From NCBI GenBank assembly GCA_002189035.1, contig NEEC01000002.1, positions 2,046,001-2,110,000 on the forward strand: DNA of 64,000 nucleotides, written 5' to 3'. Under the pieces are notes generated by a model, which had not been told where the DNA came from, did no database searches, and saw only the letters and a list, made by a program, of their open reading frames with translations. This document shows positions 1 through 12,287 of the stretch, piece after piece. A program made the position numbers and the translations under genes. Each line of letters opens with the position of its first letter. Position 1 is the first letter of the stretch. This DNA is from Utricularia gibba. Taxonomy: Eukaryota; Plantae; Magnoliophyta.

Positions 1-403
1 GATTTTAAAACACTAATTTAAACATAAAATATTAGATAATAAAATTAGTTAGACATATATTAATTATAACAATACACAATTAATATATAATCATTAACAT
101 CCTTTAAAAAGTATGCTTTTCAGAACTCCACTTTTCACTCACTGTTTCTTCTGGTACTGTGGCAGATTGAGTTGTTTGGTGTTGTTTTATTAAAGACGAA
201 GGAAGGAGAAGGGCACACAAAGGAGGCAGCAGCACTCTACATTTACAAGAAACCCCAGAGGCATCTCTGCCAGATGCGAATTGCTTTCACCACAATCAAA
301 GTCAACACAGACGAGCACCAGAACGAACAACAGCTGAGCTGAATCCCATCACGTTTCTGCTCTCTGTCACAAGATTCTTCTCCGTTCTCCCCATACAGGG
401 ACA

Positions 404-1220
404 CTAACGGCCGGAAGTCGAAGGTGGCATGAGCTTCAGCTCTAGAAGATCAGCATCCTGTTCTTCCTTCTCCTTCCATTCTGCGTGAATCCTCTTTCTG
501 GAAGACAATGCTGCTCCGAAGAGTTGAGTCCGGCGGAAATCTGGGTCGCCGGGTGCGTCCAATCCGATGACCCGATTCATCTGGACGGAGCTTCTGGGAC
601 TTGGTTTCTCGTGGTTGGGGAAAAGGTGTAGGATCTCGTTGTAGAGTTGCTTCATGTGGGCCAGCTCGTAGAGGAGGATGCTGTTGTTTCTTCTCAGGCG
701 TTGGTTGTCTTCCAGGAGAGCGGCGAAGGACTCGTCTGTCATCGGGAGGGAGACGCTGCCGGCCCACGGCGAATCCCAGCTTACCACCCTCGGATGCTCG
801 TCGCAGTAAAATGGCACCGGAGACACCGCGGTCCTCCTCCGGTGGATCTCCACCAGCAGATGCTTGCACCCTTTTCTGAACAGCTCGTTCCCGAACTCCC
901 ACCGATCGGGAACCATCTTTTTAAAACCCTATTTGCAGAGCAAGAAGAAGTAATTAGGATAATTACTCCAGTTTTTAGAATGATACAAAACTCACGTAGG
1001 TGTTCAGCTGACGGACGAAGCTGGAGAAGTTACTGTGCTTGAAGTAGTTGGGGAGGAGATCGCGAGCAAACTCCGGGGGCTTCCAGACGACGAAGGTAGC
1101 ACCAGTTCCGCCCCAAGAGACAATGTGATCGGTTGCCGGGTCGTCCACAAGCTGATACGTCTTCATCAGAAACGGCCCCGGAACAGATCTCTGGGACTCC
1201 AAAATCAAGTCCGTCCCCAT
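404..1220 (-). CDS. HSFB4: Class B heat shock transcription factor, HSFB4/SCHIZORIZA-like (2 exons: 1220-996, 928-404)
   Basis: HSF DNA-binding domain ([21 protein letters not shown]...[16 protein letters not shown]|[12 protein letters not shown]) is split by the canonical HSF intron (GT at 995, AG at 930-929, 67 nt). HR-A/B region [32 protein letters not shown] motif and basic NLS SRKR follow. ATG at 1220; the ORF-track start at 1256 is GTG. Confidence 0.88.
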
Positions 1221-1309
1221 TTCCACCAAGAGGGAAGCAGAGACAGAGACTCCCACCAGAGCTGCCCAGCTGGTTTGAGTAGAGAGTGTGACTGAACCAG
1301 AAGCAGAAT

Positions 1310-1330
1310 AAGAAGAAGAAGAAGAAGAAG
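1310..1330. repeat. (AGA)7 microsatellite in the HSFB4 leader region
   Basis: Direct read: agaagaagaagaagaagaaga. A second (CTT)n run lies at about 1690-1707. Confidence 0.9.
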
Positions 1331-2303
1331 ATGGGGATTAGAATCTTCCACTGTCAACTTCTGTCCTCTACCACTGGCTCAGCTCAGCTGTGGGATTAGA
1401 TTGGAATATTTGTTCCTGTCCGCAATGTCCGTGTGAGCTAAATTCTCTCCTGGAAAATGAAGGGTGTCTCATGGCGTACCCGTGAGCCATGACCATTCCC
1501 ACACATCCTCCTCCTCTCTCCATTTCATCAATGGCGGATGCGAATTAAACTTTCGAAAGCAATGCGTTTAGAGCATTCCGCCATTGCTTGTTAAGTTTAT
1601 TAGCAGCGACAGACACAGACATTCATCTGTTTGGGGTTGGAGAACGTGAAGGGGGCTTTAAAGCCTGTGGAGTGAAGTCACGGCGGTGTCTTCTTCTTCT
1701 TCTTCTTGATATTCTCGCAGGCCTGTGAATGCCTCCAAACTTCTCCCCCATTATTTTTTTAATTTTTTACACCATGAGAAGGATAATAATATCAGAAAAT
1801 AATATATGTAAAATAAATCCCCATAATTCGAGAATATATGTTTTTTTAATTTATGAAAATTTTTGCGGTTACATAAAGTAAGGAAATGTAATTTTAATGA
1901 GCCTTCCCTTCATGATATTAAATAAAATCATCTCAATTTTCAGATTTATTTAAATTGATATATTAAAAATAACATAATTTATAATTCTTATATTAAATCA
2001 TTTTTAATTCTATCAATTAAACACACACACACACGGATAAATACACGTGGAAATTGATTGCGAATAATAAAATAAAATGTTGCTTATTCTCCATTCCCTA
2101 CTACTGAAAAAGTATTGATTCGGATCCCTTTGGTGTTTACCCACCCGAATCCTGTCACGGGCGGGTAATGAAGATTCTATGCATGCACACAAATGCATCG
2201 GACACAACCTTATACTTCCATATCCAAACACCAACAATCCAAATACACTAAAAATAATGTTTTTATCGATATCAACTTCATACCCGAAACTGGATTTTAT
2301 GTT

Positions 2304-2339
2304 TCGATCTCGATTTCGATTTCGATTTCGATTTCGGTT
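2304..2339. repeat. (TCGATT)6 imperfect hexamer tandem repeat
   Basis: Direct read: tcgatc tcgatt tcgatt tcgatt tcgatt tcggtt. Confidence 0.85.
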
Positions 2340-3281
2340 AAGGCTCTGTAACACCTAAAAAAGTCCTTGTTTGTGAATTTTTTGTTAACAAAACGTGCAT
2401 AATACCTATTTCAACCAATTGTATGGGCAATACTAATTTTTTTATATAAATATTTAGAAATTTGGTCATCTGATATGTATGAAAAAAAAATTAATTGCTT
2501 TTAATATAAAATGAAATAAAAAAAAGAGGATCAAAATTGTAAAAATGATTTTTTTTTTCACGTGTATTTGTGGTTGGGCCTGATTTTAGGCCCAACCCAT
2601 TTATTACTTAAAATGGGCTTCTACCCAAAAATCTTATTCAATTTGTACATTAAATATATAAAAATACTATAAAAAATGCAAAATTTAGATTTGGTGTTCT
2701 ATAGAATATTTTAATGAATGATATATTTAAAATTATTTATATTTAAAAATTAATGGTATCTTTAATACAACATATATTTTATCAATACCTAATTAAAAAA
2801 AGTAAAATAAAACTCATTTTATTAAAAAGGAAAATAGTTTTCAAAAACATACTGAAAGAATTTATAAATATTTTTTAAGTCATGTATTTATTAAAGAATA
2901 GGTAATATAATAAAATGTATTTATTATCTCGGCAATCGTGTGTTGGGGAAGGGACGGATTCATGCATACGTATCTGTGAGTGTTGTGTCAAGTGAAGTGA
3001 AGCAGAAAGGCATCGGGAAGCTGGGACCTGGGTGATGCTTGTGATTCCTGCAATTGAATTCCATCTGGGGCTAACAACGAGACCTGGTCCACAAAAACAA
3101 TGTCCCTTTTCCTCATTGAGCCTGTCGGGATTGGCCCAGAGACTTAACACCATCGCTTTTCAGCATCTGAAGAAGAGCACCGCGTCCGCCTCACGCAGCC
3201 CCCATCTATGAATGCACTTGTGGTACGCACAGTTTCTCCTTCTCAGACGCAGGGAATCTTGGGATCCACTGATGAAACTTG

Positions 3282-4767
3282 ATGGGAACTCGGATTCCAA
3301 TGCACCATTGTTTGCTGCAGCATTGCTTGAGGGGACTATGCGCAATGGATTCCGGTTCAGACGCGTGGGTGTATGCTGTGTTTTGGAGAGTACTCCCCAG
3401 GAACTTCCCGCCCCGAAGTAGGCAAGCCTCCTGGATTGAAGATTTTACTGGGTTCTGTTGTGATTCAATCTTTTGCAGGTCTGAGTATGGAGGGAGTCTG
3501 CTGGATCGAGCGAAGGGGAGCAATAAAAGGAACTGGTAAATTTCGATGTTCCCTTTACAGCATTGCATTGCATTGCTCTGTTGTAAACATCAATGGGCAT
3601 TCCCAGGATTCTTGCTTGGGAAGATGGGTTTTGTGATTTTGTTGCTTGTGAGCGAGCTGCACATAGGGGGAAAGTAAGGTTTGGTGCTGATACTTTCTTT
3701 AAGTTGTCTCATGAGGTGTACAATTTTGGAGAAGGGTAGGTGAAGTGAAAACACCTCTCTGTTCTTTCCTTGTAACCCACACTTCCAATGCAGTAGACTG
3801 ATCCTTGATTCTCCTGTCAGGGTGGTGGGAAAAGTTGCCTCAGCTAACACTCACAAGTTGATTTACAAAGATACAAAAGCTCAAAATGAAAACCCCACCT
3901 CATGGAATGCCTCAGTGGATCCTGTAACGACAAAAACCATAGCCATTGTTCTTGTTGAATCCTCCTCTTTCTGGTACTAACTTACATTCATTAACAGCAT
4001 CCAAGAGCTTGGGAGGCTCAATTTATCTCTGGTATTGAGGTGACAGAAATGCATGCCTTTTCTTGATCTTGTACTTAAAACCAAATCTCATTCATTGTAA
4101 TCTTTCCAAATGCCCCTGCTCAGACTATAGCCATCATTTCAGTAAGAGAAGGAGTCATCCAACTTGGCTCATTCGATAAGGTACATTTTGCTGCCTTTGT
4201 TATATTCCTCTTTTCCTCTCTGCAAAATCCGATTGTTTGAGCAGCGCAATGGATCAGGTTGTGGAAGATCTCAACTTCGTCATGAGCGTGCAAAGAAAGT
4301 TCAGTTACCTCCACAGCATGTTCACAGCGCAAAGGCCGTGCAGTTCAATCCTGAACCAGAGTAGCAGCATGTTCATGGTAGACTACTCAAACTGCATCAT
4401 GGGAATGATGCAGAAGGATGATGATACACACTCCCTTGGCCTCAGGCGATCGAAACGGCAGAAACTCGATCAAAGTGAGGATGACCCGCCCTCCAAAAAT
4501 CTCTTCTTAGGCCACATTAGCCAGGAAAACAGAGTTTCTGAGAAGCTGCCATTGTATTCCATTCCACCACTCCTGCCCTCTGTATCCAGCAATCTTGATG
4601 CTATCCTGAGGAAGATGAACGCAAACCAGGAAGGTGGTCACCATGAAGAAACTAACCATAAGAGTGGAATAAACAAGAGCTTGGTGGATGGAGGGGCAGT
4701 GAGAGCGAGCTCTGAGGTCGAAGAGAAGGTGGAAGCCAACACCCAGAAACTCATCACTGATAACTGA
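3282..4767 (+). CDS. bHLH-MYC N-terminal domain protein, RICE SALT SENSITIVE 3-like (exons about 3282-3417/3421, 3479-3535, 3607-3735, 3821-3923, 3998-4039, 4124-4180, 4258-4767)
   Basis: Spliced translation: LLQHCLRGLC...WVYAVFWRVLPRNF, YGGSLLDRAKGSNKRNWILAWEDGFCDF, FKLSHEVYNFGEGVVGKVAS, HPRAWEAQFISGIETIAIISVREGVIQLGSFDKVVEDLNFVMSVQRKFSYL. These are typical bHLH-MYC_N/RSS3-family motifs with GT-AG junctions. There is a 1-nt phase problem at exon 1 (see findings). Confidence 0.85.
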
Positions 4768-5736
4768 TGAACATCGCTTCTTGTGCAGTGTTGTAATACA
4801 ACTCTTTCTAGTCTCCACCTCCTGCTCTCTCTCTTTCGCTACGAGTCAGCAACACCTAAAATTTAGATAATTTAATTATATTTTTATATTTCGAAATAGT
4901 CGAAAACACCCTTTCCCTCGCCCGGTTTTACGGTAATTGATACCGATTTATCCGAGGCGACGTGTTCTCACCTAATTGGTTGTTGACCTAAAAAATTAAA
5001 TATTTTTTACAAAAACTTATTACTTCAAAAACGTTATTTAAAACTTTGTGTCGTTGATCGGTTTTGACATTTTTTTAAAAAAGAAAACCCCTTCAGTATA
5101 ATATATTGAAAATCACCCTTATATTAAAAAAGAAATTAAGACTTTATAACTTTAAAAATTTTAAGAAACATTTTAAGTTTTTTAATTTTTTAAATTAAAA
5201 ATTACTATTGCTTGATAACAATTTATAATGCTTTTTCAAAAAGACAAAACTATATCATATAAAACCTTCACTTTTTATTTACAAAAACATGAACTTAAAA
5301 ATATTTATTAATTTAAAAGTTTAAAAATCTAATTTTATTTTATTAGAAGTATTTTATAAAAAATAATTTTAAAAAAAAGAACCAAAAAGAGGTTTAAAAT
5401 ACTTTAGGTAACCTTTTATTTTCCTATGCCGAAAGGGCGCATGGGTGTCCTGTCCTTGCTGAGCCACTAGGAGGAACTCATTTTCAGAAGTGGGCGGCAT
5501 CAGAATCTAGGAACAGCTCAAGTCAAAGGAGAATATCATTTGCAAAACTCATCAATTCTTGGCTGTTGGGCATAAGCAGTGCAATAGGTTGATCGAACAC
5601 ATGCATTGAATAACAAACAAAACACCATCCTCATCGTTGCAAAACCATTTATGCAGTTATCAGACCAAAACATCATCTAGAAGGATTTCTAACACTGGAG
5701 TACCATCACCAGCTTGGAGCAGAGAGCCCCAAACGG

Positions 5737-8700
5737 TTAACCATTTACGCCTGGGAAGAGTTCTGATATTTTGTTGAATACATCCATCACCTGCGATGTC
5801 ACCATGAGGGGCGAGGTTCAGTTCAGTAGAATCACATCAAGCAAGTTAGTCAACAAGGATACAATGCAAAATAGGTAAAGATTCTGGTGTAAACAAAAAA
5901 AAAAAAAAAAAAAAAAAAAACTAGAGATCTGCCTGTCCATTGGTTTTCGGTATTGATACTTTACCTCTTTGTCATTCTGATACTTGGCGATACTCAATGG
6001 ATTTTGTGAGCACTGTAGAGATGGAAACCCTTTAGGATTAGTATCATTCAGCAAGTTCATGGCTCTAAAAGAAAAAGAGGATCAGTCACTTACATCCATG
6101 ATGGCGGCTTGAACCCTGGGATTTTGAAATGCCATGGCAATTTCGGGATTAGCCATGATTCTAGAAATGACTTCCTCTGGAGTAAGGCCTATCTGGTCTA
6201 CAAATTAATGAATACACCAAGTGGAAGAAGTATAAGATTTTGATTGTCAACATACAATGCAGATCAAATATGGTTACTGAAAGTGGTCAAGGTTTCGACA
6301 AGAGAATAAGGAGACATTACTTAGTGCATTAACGCTAAGCAAACTGCAGTTACTCAACGTAAAGGTTTCAGCAAGGGAATAAGGAGGAATCCCTCAGTGC
6401 GGTAACACTAACCAAACTGCTGCTTAATCTCAGGACTGCTGAGGTCAAAGTTCTTCAATGAATCCATCATGCGGCCATCCCATTCAGGACTCCCCCCATG
6501 TTATTTCTGAGTAAACAGTGCAAGGAAAAAGTTGAAATTCTGGGAACATCTAGGTAGGCTTGCAAACAAATAAAAATAAAGTCCTTAATTTTCCTCTCCT
6601 GAATTTTAAGGCATCAGATCATATTCACCAATATTCAATCTTGTCACATTCCCAAATCCACAGGTATCCAAATGAAATGTAGAATGATCATCTCATGATG
6701 CTTACAGCATTCCCTGCAGTTGTTGACGGTACTGTGGATTCTGCAGCATCCCTGATTCATAAGTAGCAAAGGTCAGGACAACGAAAGTGATTGTGATAAT
6801 TCAAGTCTAACTAGATTATCCAAAGCAATAGGCATAGCCATTTTAAGGACCCACGAAAAAAAAAAGTTCAGGAAAATCTTCTCTCCATCATTATCACTTC
6901 GGAATCAACTGAATTTTCCTATAAAGTAAAACTGAGCACATAATGCTGAAATGATTAAATAAAGAGAATAGTTACATTTGAACATCGTAGGATTGCGCAT
7001 CTCCTCGGGGAGATACCTGCTTATTACACAGGCCGTTAACAGACACATCAACAAGAAATAATTCTGTGAGTGAATCACATCTAACAGCAACCAAAGGAAT
7101 AAATCTTACGGATAAACCATTTTCTGCACTGTTGGATCTTCCATCATTTTCTCAAGAGCTTCAACTGACAAGAGGGGGTTTGTTGTGCCTGCAGTCAAAG
7201 AGTGCTAAATATTAAGCTTACCCATGATTGAATATAGAAAATTGAAAACGCAACAAAAGGCTCAGTCTACTATTTGCATGCAGTTCATGAAAAAGAACTA
7301 TCCTTCCAAATTGCTCACAAACTTACTGGAGGATGGATCACTTGACGTAAACGTTTCATGCCTTGTAGCTGCACCATTCTGCGAAAATTTTTCCAGTTGC
7401 AAAAGATTCAGATACGCATTACGTACAGTAGCAGCTTTATGAATTCTACTTACTGCTTGAGAAGACTTTTCTTGGGATCAAATTGAGCAGATTCTTTATA
7501 GTTCTCAAAGGCACTTTTTTGCAATGTTTCCTCTGGAGAAACATCTACAAAAGCTGTAAAGGAAAAGTTGTTTCACATGAAAATGCTGATCTAAGAGTTC
7601 CTAGTTTTGTATTACAAAGAGAATCAATATGAATACAAGAAAATATAATTAAGCACATCACAAAAACATCAAAATGGAAGATTTCAGAATGCACTACATA
7701 AGCTATAATGAATACCATATTTCTTGGTCGGTGTATCAGATTCTTTTTTCTCTTCAACAGAAAAGGAAGGAGGATCCTCGACTTTTTCAGGAACCACATC
7801 AGTTACTGATTGAGAAGCCACAGGAAGTGGTGCTCTAGAAGAATCTGATGGGGGATATGTGGCTACTGGAAATGGAAATGGCGAGCCAGGTGGAAAGGTG
7901 GAGCTGGATGGACTGTTCTGAGCATTCATCTGTTGAGTGAAGGTCTTGAAAGCTTGCTCCATGGCGTATTTCTGCGAAAACAAAATGATCACTTTCAACA
8001 GAATCAGTCAAGGGAAGAACTCATAAATTTTTCAGCCGATCCCTTCGCCATAGAAATGGAATTATGCATTTACAAACTAAGTAAAAAGACAACTCCAGGT
8101 GGTCTCACCAAGCATTTAGTCGAGGACTGTCCTTACAGAATGAGTATATATCGCAAGCCAAGTGACTATTGGTCGCATATCCGAAAGGATTTGTTTTCTT
8201 ATTTATCCAACTGGGGAATTAGGTAGTCAGACAAATTCGAAGATAAACAGCTTTCGCTTTTAGTTTTTATAATTTCATGATTACCCAAGTCTGCATTAAT
8301 GATTCTACTACTTAACCTGTTACTGGCACTTAAATAAAATAACCCACGTCACAATAAAGAAGTATGAGAAGGTTTCTAGGTAATATCTTAGGAAAAAAAG
8401 AAAGAAAACAGCTCAAACCAGTGAAGGGCATATGAAAAATTCAGAGCTACTCGATTTTTTTTTTTTTGAGTAAATGTATATAAATAATTCAAAAATAAGA
8501 GGAATCATAACTGATGTGCAGGCGATCAATATACATTAGAATCAGCCTGAGACAGTTGAGACAAACAGAACAGGTCCCTCGAAAAGAATATTCAAAAGGG
8601 GAAGCATCACATGAAACTGGCTCAAAATGTTCTGCACCCGACATTGGTTCTTAAGGAAATATAGAAGTCACACGATAAAGTTAACATCCTTACGAACACA

Positions 8701-10066
8701 ATTATAACGAATTTTTGGGCTTAGAGCAATAAAGATGACGCCAAGTTCCAATTCAAAAGAACATGAGGACTACATAAAATGCAAGGCTCACCTTAGCTCT
8801 TCCAGCTGCCTGAAATGTAAGTGGAGCAATCAGTAACAATTCACAATCTGCAGGAACTACATTTTTAGGATAAAAAAACAGTCAGTTGAACTTACCCATG
8901 AGAAAAGAGCAGAGGCACCCACGCCAACCCCGATCCAAAAGAGTGGTGAGCCCCTATCAGGAAAGCAATATCTATTTGTATCAAAATCAATGGAATCAAG
9001 GAAAAACATATATCTCATGCGCAGCTGAAAAAACATGGCTAAGATCTCAGATAATTACACATTAGAAGCAGGAGGTGACGGCGAAATCCTTGGCACACCG
9101 ACCGAGGAAGTTTCTTGGCTACTTGAACTAATGCATGAGAATGAATTTCTAGCAGCCTTCGGTTGTTCCTTGTAACAAAACACTAGAAAAATACAAAGTA
9201 TTACACGAGATGATATAGAACATGACATACATTAAACGCACAAACAACATAACATGAAATGAGCACACAAGGCCATCTTCCTAAACAATACAACAAAAGT
9301 CAATGCATATGGAGATAAGGTCCATATTATTGTTCTGAAAATTGCTGTTTTATTGAGTCAGATGATAACAACCTAGCCCCCAGTAATCTTAAACAGCTAG
9401 TAAAAGAACGCATTTATTCTCACCCGCAGGTTCACCATTTTAGGCTTAAACTCCCTAATTGATAATTGGAATATCCCAATTTTTTACTGAGGACAATGCG
9501 CTTTTTCATTGACACAGTTTCTGGCTATTACTCGTACTCAGATTCTGTGATCCTCTCTACTTCCATGCACTCTCAGAAAACCTAACCAATCACTGCTGGC
9601 TCAAAGAGCAAGCTGAATATCGATCACCAGCCAGTCAGAACATTTTTAAAAGGCAGAGGCCAGAAAATCCCTATTATCCGAATATGAAATCTTTCCGAGT
9701 GAATGTTCAAAATATTATTCTCATGCGCCAAAACTATCAAGAAGTATAGCACTGCAGTAGACACCTATCCTTTTTCCTGACAAAATATTTCGTAGTTATG
9801 CCATTTCCACAACACTCCCTCGCCTGTGGTTCACATCATCATTCAAAATAAGCATATAAAACGGAGTGGGTGTTACCGGTTCTCTTATTAGCCCTAGTCG
9901 ACGGAAACGAAGACGCGTAGCTGAATCGTCGAACTGCTTCGGTGGATTTATTCGGCCAATCCGGAAAACCCACGAAAGGCATGCTTGACAACACTGTTGA
10001 TTTCGTAGGATCTTGGGGCACTCTCATCGCAAGCTTCGCGGATGAAGAAATGCAGAGATTCTCCAT
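5737..10066 (-). CDS. TIC40: Chloroplast inner-envelope translocon component Tic40 (multi-exon, STI1 domains)
   Basis: Transit-peptide start MENLCISSSAKL (ATG 10066). Exons encode GSPLFWIGVGVGASALFSW (TM), KYAMEQAFKT, AFVDVSPEE, LSVEALEKMMEDPTVQKMVYP, YLPEEMRNPTMFKWMLQNPQYRQQL, NPEIAMAFQNPRVQAAIMD, NPLSIAKYQNDKEV and VMDVFNKISELFPGVNG* (TAA 5739-5737). A 1-nt frameshift lies at 6492-6497. Confidence 0.93.
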
Positions 10067-10465
10067 TTTCACAGAATTAATCAAGCTCCAGAACTCCGGA
10101 TTCCGGCGGTGCTGTGGAGGCACTGAAGGTAAGGTGAGGTTCGTCCCCCAGCGTCAGCCTCAGCCGCCCGGGTCTGGGTTTTAATAGCTTTTACTGCTTT
10201 AAAAATAGGAAGTAAATAAATTTACATTAATTAGTAATATAAATTTTATTGAATTTTAAATATAAATTACTAATTATGGACATTAAAATTATAATTTAAT
10301 CATCAGTTCTGGAAATTATTTCACTTTTCATGTCACCACATGACGTCATTATTATCTTTATGAATTATTAATCAGCCCTACTTCCGAGGTTACTGATTTT
10401 AGTTTTAAAATTTAAGAATTTCTTTTTCCAAAAAAAGAAAAGAAATATTTTTTAGAAATTCCTTT

Positions 10466-10513
10466 TGGGCCTTGATTTCATGGGCTTTGATACTGGGTTT
10501 TAATCTAGGGTTC
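10466..10513 (+). promoter_or_regulatory. Site II (TGGGCY) pair plus telo-box upstream of eIF3d
   Basis: TGGGCC at 10466-10471, TGGGCT at 10481-10486 and TAGGGTT (telo-box core, reverse orientation) at 10506-10512. This combination is typical of plant translation-machinery promoters. Confidence 0.6.
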
Positions 10514-10554
10514 TTATCACGGCACACGGACGGTGACAATTGACGAGAGAGAAG

Positions 10555-12287
10555 ATGGTTGGCTTTGAGATCGGTGCGGTGCCTCACAACGCCGACGGTT
10601 GGGGTCCGCCGGAGAGTGGATCTGCAGCCCTCGCCGCCGCCAATCATCCCTCTAATGTGCCCTTCGCTCCTTTCTCCCGCTCCGAAAAGCTGGGGCGTAT
10701 TGCCGACTGGACGCGAAACCCTTCCAACGCTGGGAGGCAAGGGGGTTATCATGCGGCGGATTCGGCGTTTGACTTCTCTGGGGATGACTCCTTCGCTACC
10801 CTTGCCGCCGACGAGGATTCCTCCTTCCGACTTGTCGACACCTCCGCCAAGTCTCACCACCACAACCCTAATCGTCCGAAATTTAACCCTAGGTGGAGAT
10901 TTAATGCGCAAAATGCTCGTTCTCAGCTTCCCCAGCGTCGTGACGAAGAGGTGGAGGCAAAGAAGCGTGAAGCTGAGAAAGAACGCGCGCGCCGTGATAG
11001 ATTGTATCATCTCAACCGTTCTCAGATGCCCCAGCGGCGTGAGTCGGCGGTTTTCAAGTCTTCCGTCGACATTCAGCCTGAGTGGAATATGATTGATCAG
11101 ATTCCGTTCTCCACTTTTTCGAAGTTGTCTTTTTCAGTGCCGGAGCCCGAGGATTTGCTGATCTGTGGAGGGCTTGAATATTATGACAGGTCTTATGATC
11201 GGATAACTCCTAGGAACTGCCGTCCTTTAGAGCGATTCAGAGCCGGAACTTCTTCAAAGTCACGACCACGGATGATCCTGTGATAAGGCGCCTTGCAAAT
11301 GAAGATAAGGCTACTGTCTTTGCCACAGATAGCATTTTGTCAACGTTGATGTGCGCTCCCAGGTCTGTCTATTCTTGGGATATTGTTGCTCAGCGCGTAG
11401 GGAATAAATTGTTCTTCGATAAGAGAGATGGTTCGCAGTTGGATTTGCTCTCTGTGCATGAAACTTCTCAGGAACCGTTGCCTGATACGAAGGACGATAT
11501 CAACTCCATACATTCTTTGAGTGTAGAAGCTGCGTATATCAATCAGAACTTTTCACAACAGGCTTTAGTCAGAGATGGGAACAAAGTTGCGTTTGAGGAG
11601 CCCAATCCTTTTGCTAGTGAGGGGGAGGAAGTTGCATCTGTTGCATACAGATATAGGAGATGGAAACTGAGTGATGATATGTTTCTGGTTTCGCGTTGTG
11701 AGGTGCATAGTGTGGTGGATACGAATAATCAGAGGTCGTTTTTGACTCTGAATGCCTTGAATGAGTTTGATCCCAAGTATTCTGGTGTGGACTGGAGGCA
11801 AAAGCTTGAAACACAAAGAGGTGCTGTGTTGGCAAATGAGTTAAGAAATAATGGAAATAAGCTGGCAAAATGGACTGCTCAGGCTCTGTTAGCTGGTGCT
11901 GATATGATGAAGTTGGGTCATGTCTCAAGAGTTCACCCTAGAGACCATTTCAACCACGTGATACTTGCAGTTGTGGGATACAAGCCAAGAGACTTTGCTG
12001 TTCAAATAAACCTGAACACTTCAAACATGTGGGGTATACTGAAAAGTCTTGTAGATTTATGCATGAAATTGAAGGAGGGCAAGTATGTACTGGTCAAGGA
12101 TCCATCAAAACCTCAGGTTAGAATATACGACGTCCCACAAGATGCATTTGATAATGACTATGTGGAGGAGCCATTGCCTGAAGAAGAACAAGTTCAGCCT
12201 CCTGTGGAGGATGACAAGGCTGGAGAGGCAGAAGCTGCTACGGCAGTTGATGTTCCAACTGATGAGATTAATGACAAAACTGCTTAA
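10555..12287 (+). CDS. eIF3d: Eukaryotic translation initiation factor 3 subunit D (intronless CDS, 1-nt frameshift at about 11239)
   Basis: MVGFEIGAVPHNADGWGPP, FAPFSRSEKLGRIADW, ESAVFKSSVDIQPEWNM, then IRRLANEDKATVFATDSILSTLMCAPRSVYSWDIV, WRQKLETQRGAVLANELRNN and LVKDPSKPQVRIY. The two track ORFs (10540-11283, 11280-12287) join if one A is restored at ttc-ag-agc-cgg, giving F-K-S-R-N-F-F-K-V-T-T-T-D-D-P-V-I. Confidence 0.95.

Noticed and set aside
450-1295. Overlapping ORFs around HSFB4 (450-902, 601-879, 647-1042, 1035-1295)
   Set aside because: They are alternative-frame or antisense shadows of a GC-rich exon with no recognisable motifs. The same applies to shadow ORFs over eIF3d, LEA, CPK, GT14, NHL and the F-box gene.
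8455-8760. Poly(T)13 followed by about 300 bp in a TIC40 intron, resembling a LINE/SINE 3' tail on the minus strand
   Set aside because: No target-site duplication or RT/RNase H similarity could be found. It may be ordinary intron sequence.
11230-11290. Programmed ribosomal frameshift or overlapping two-gene structure for eIF3d (track ORFs overlap at 11280-11283)
   Set aside because: There is no slippery heptamer. A single missing A restores the conserved protein, matching the window-wide one-base deletion pattern.
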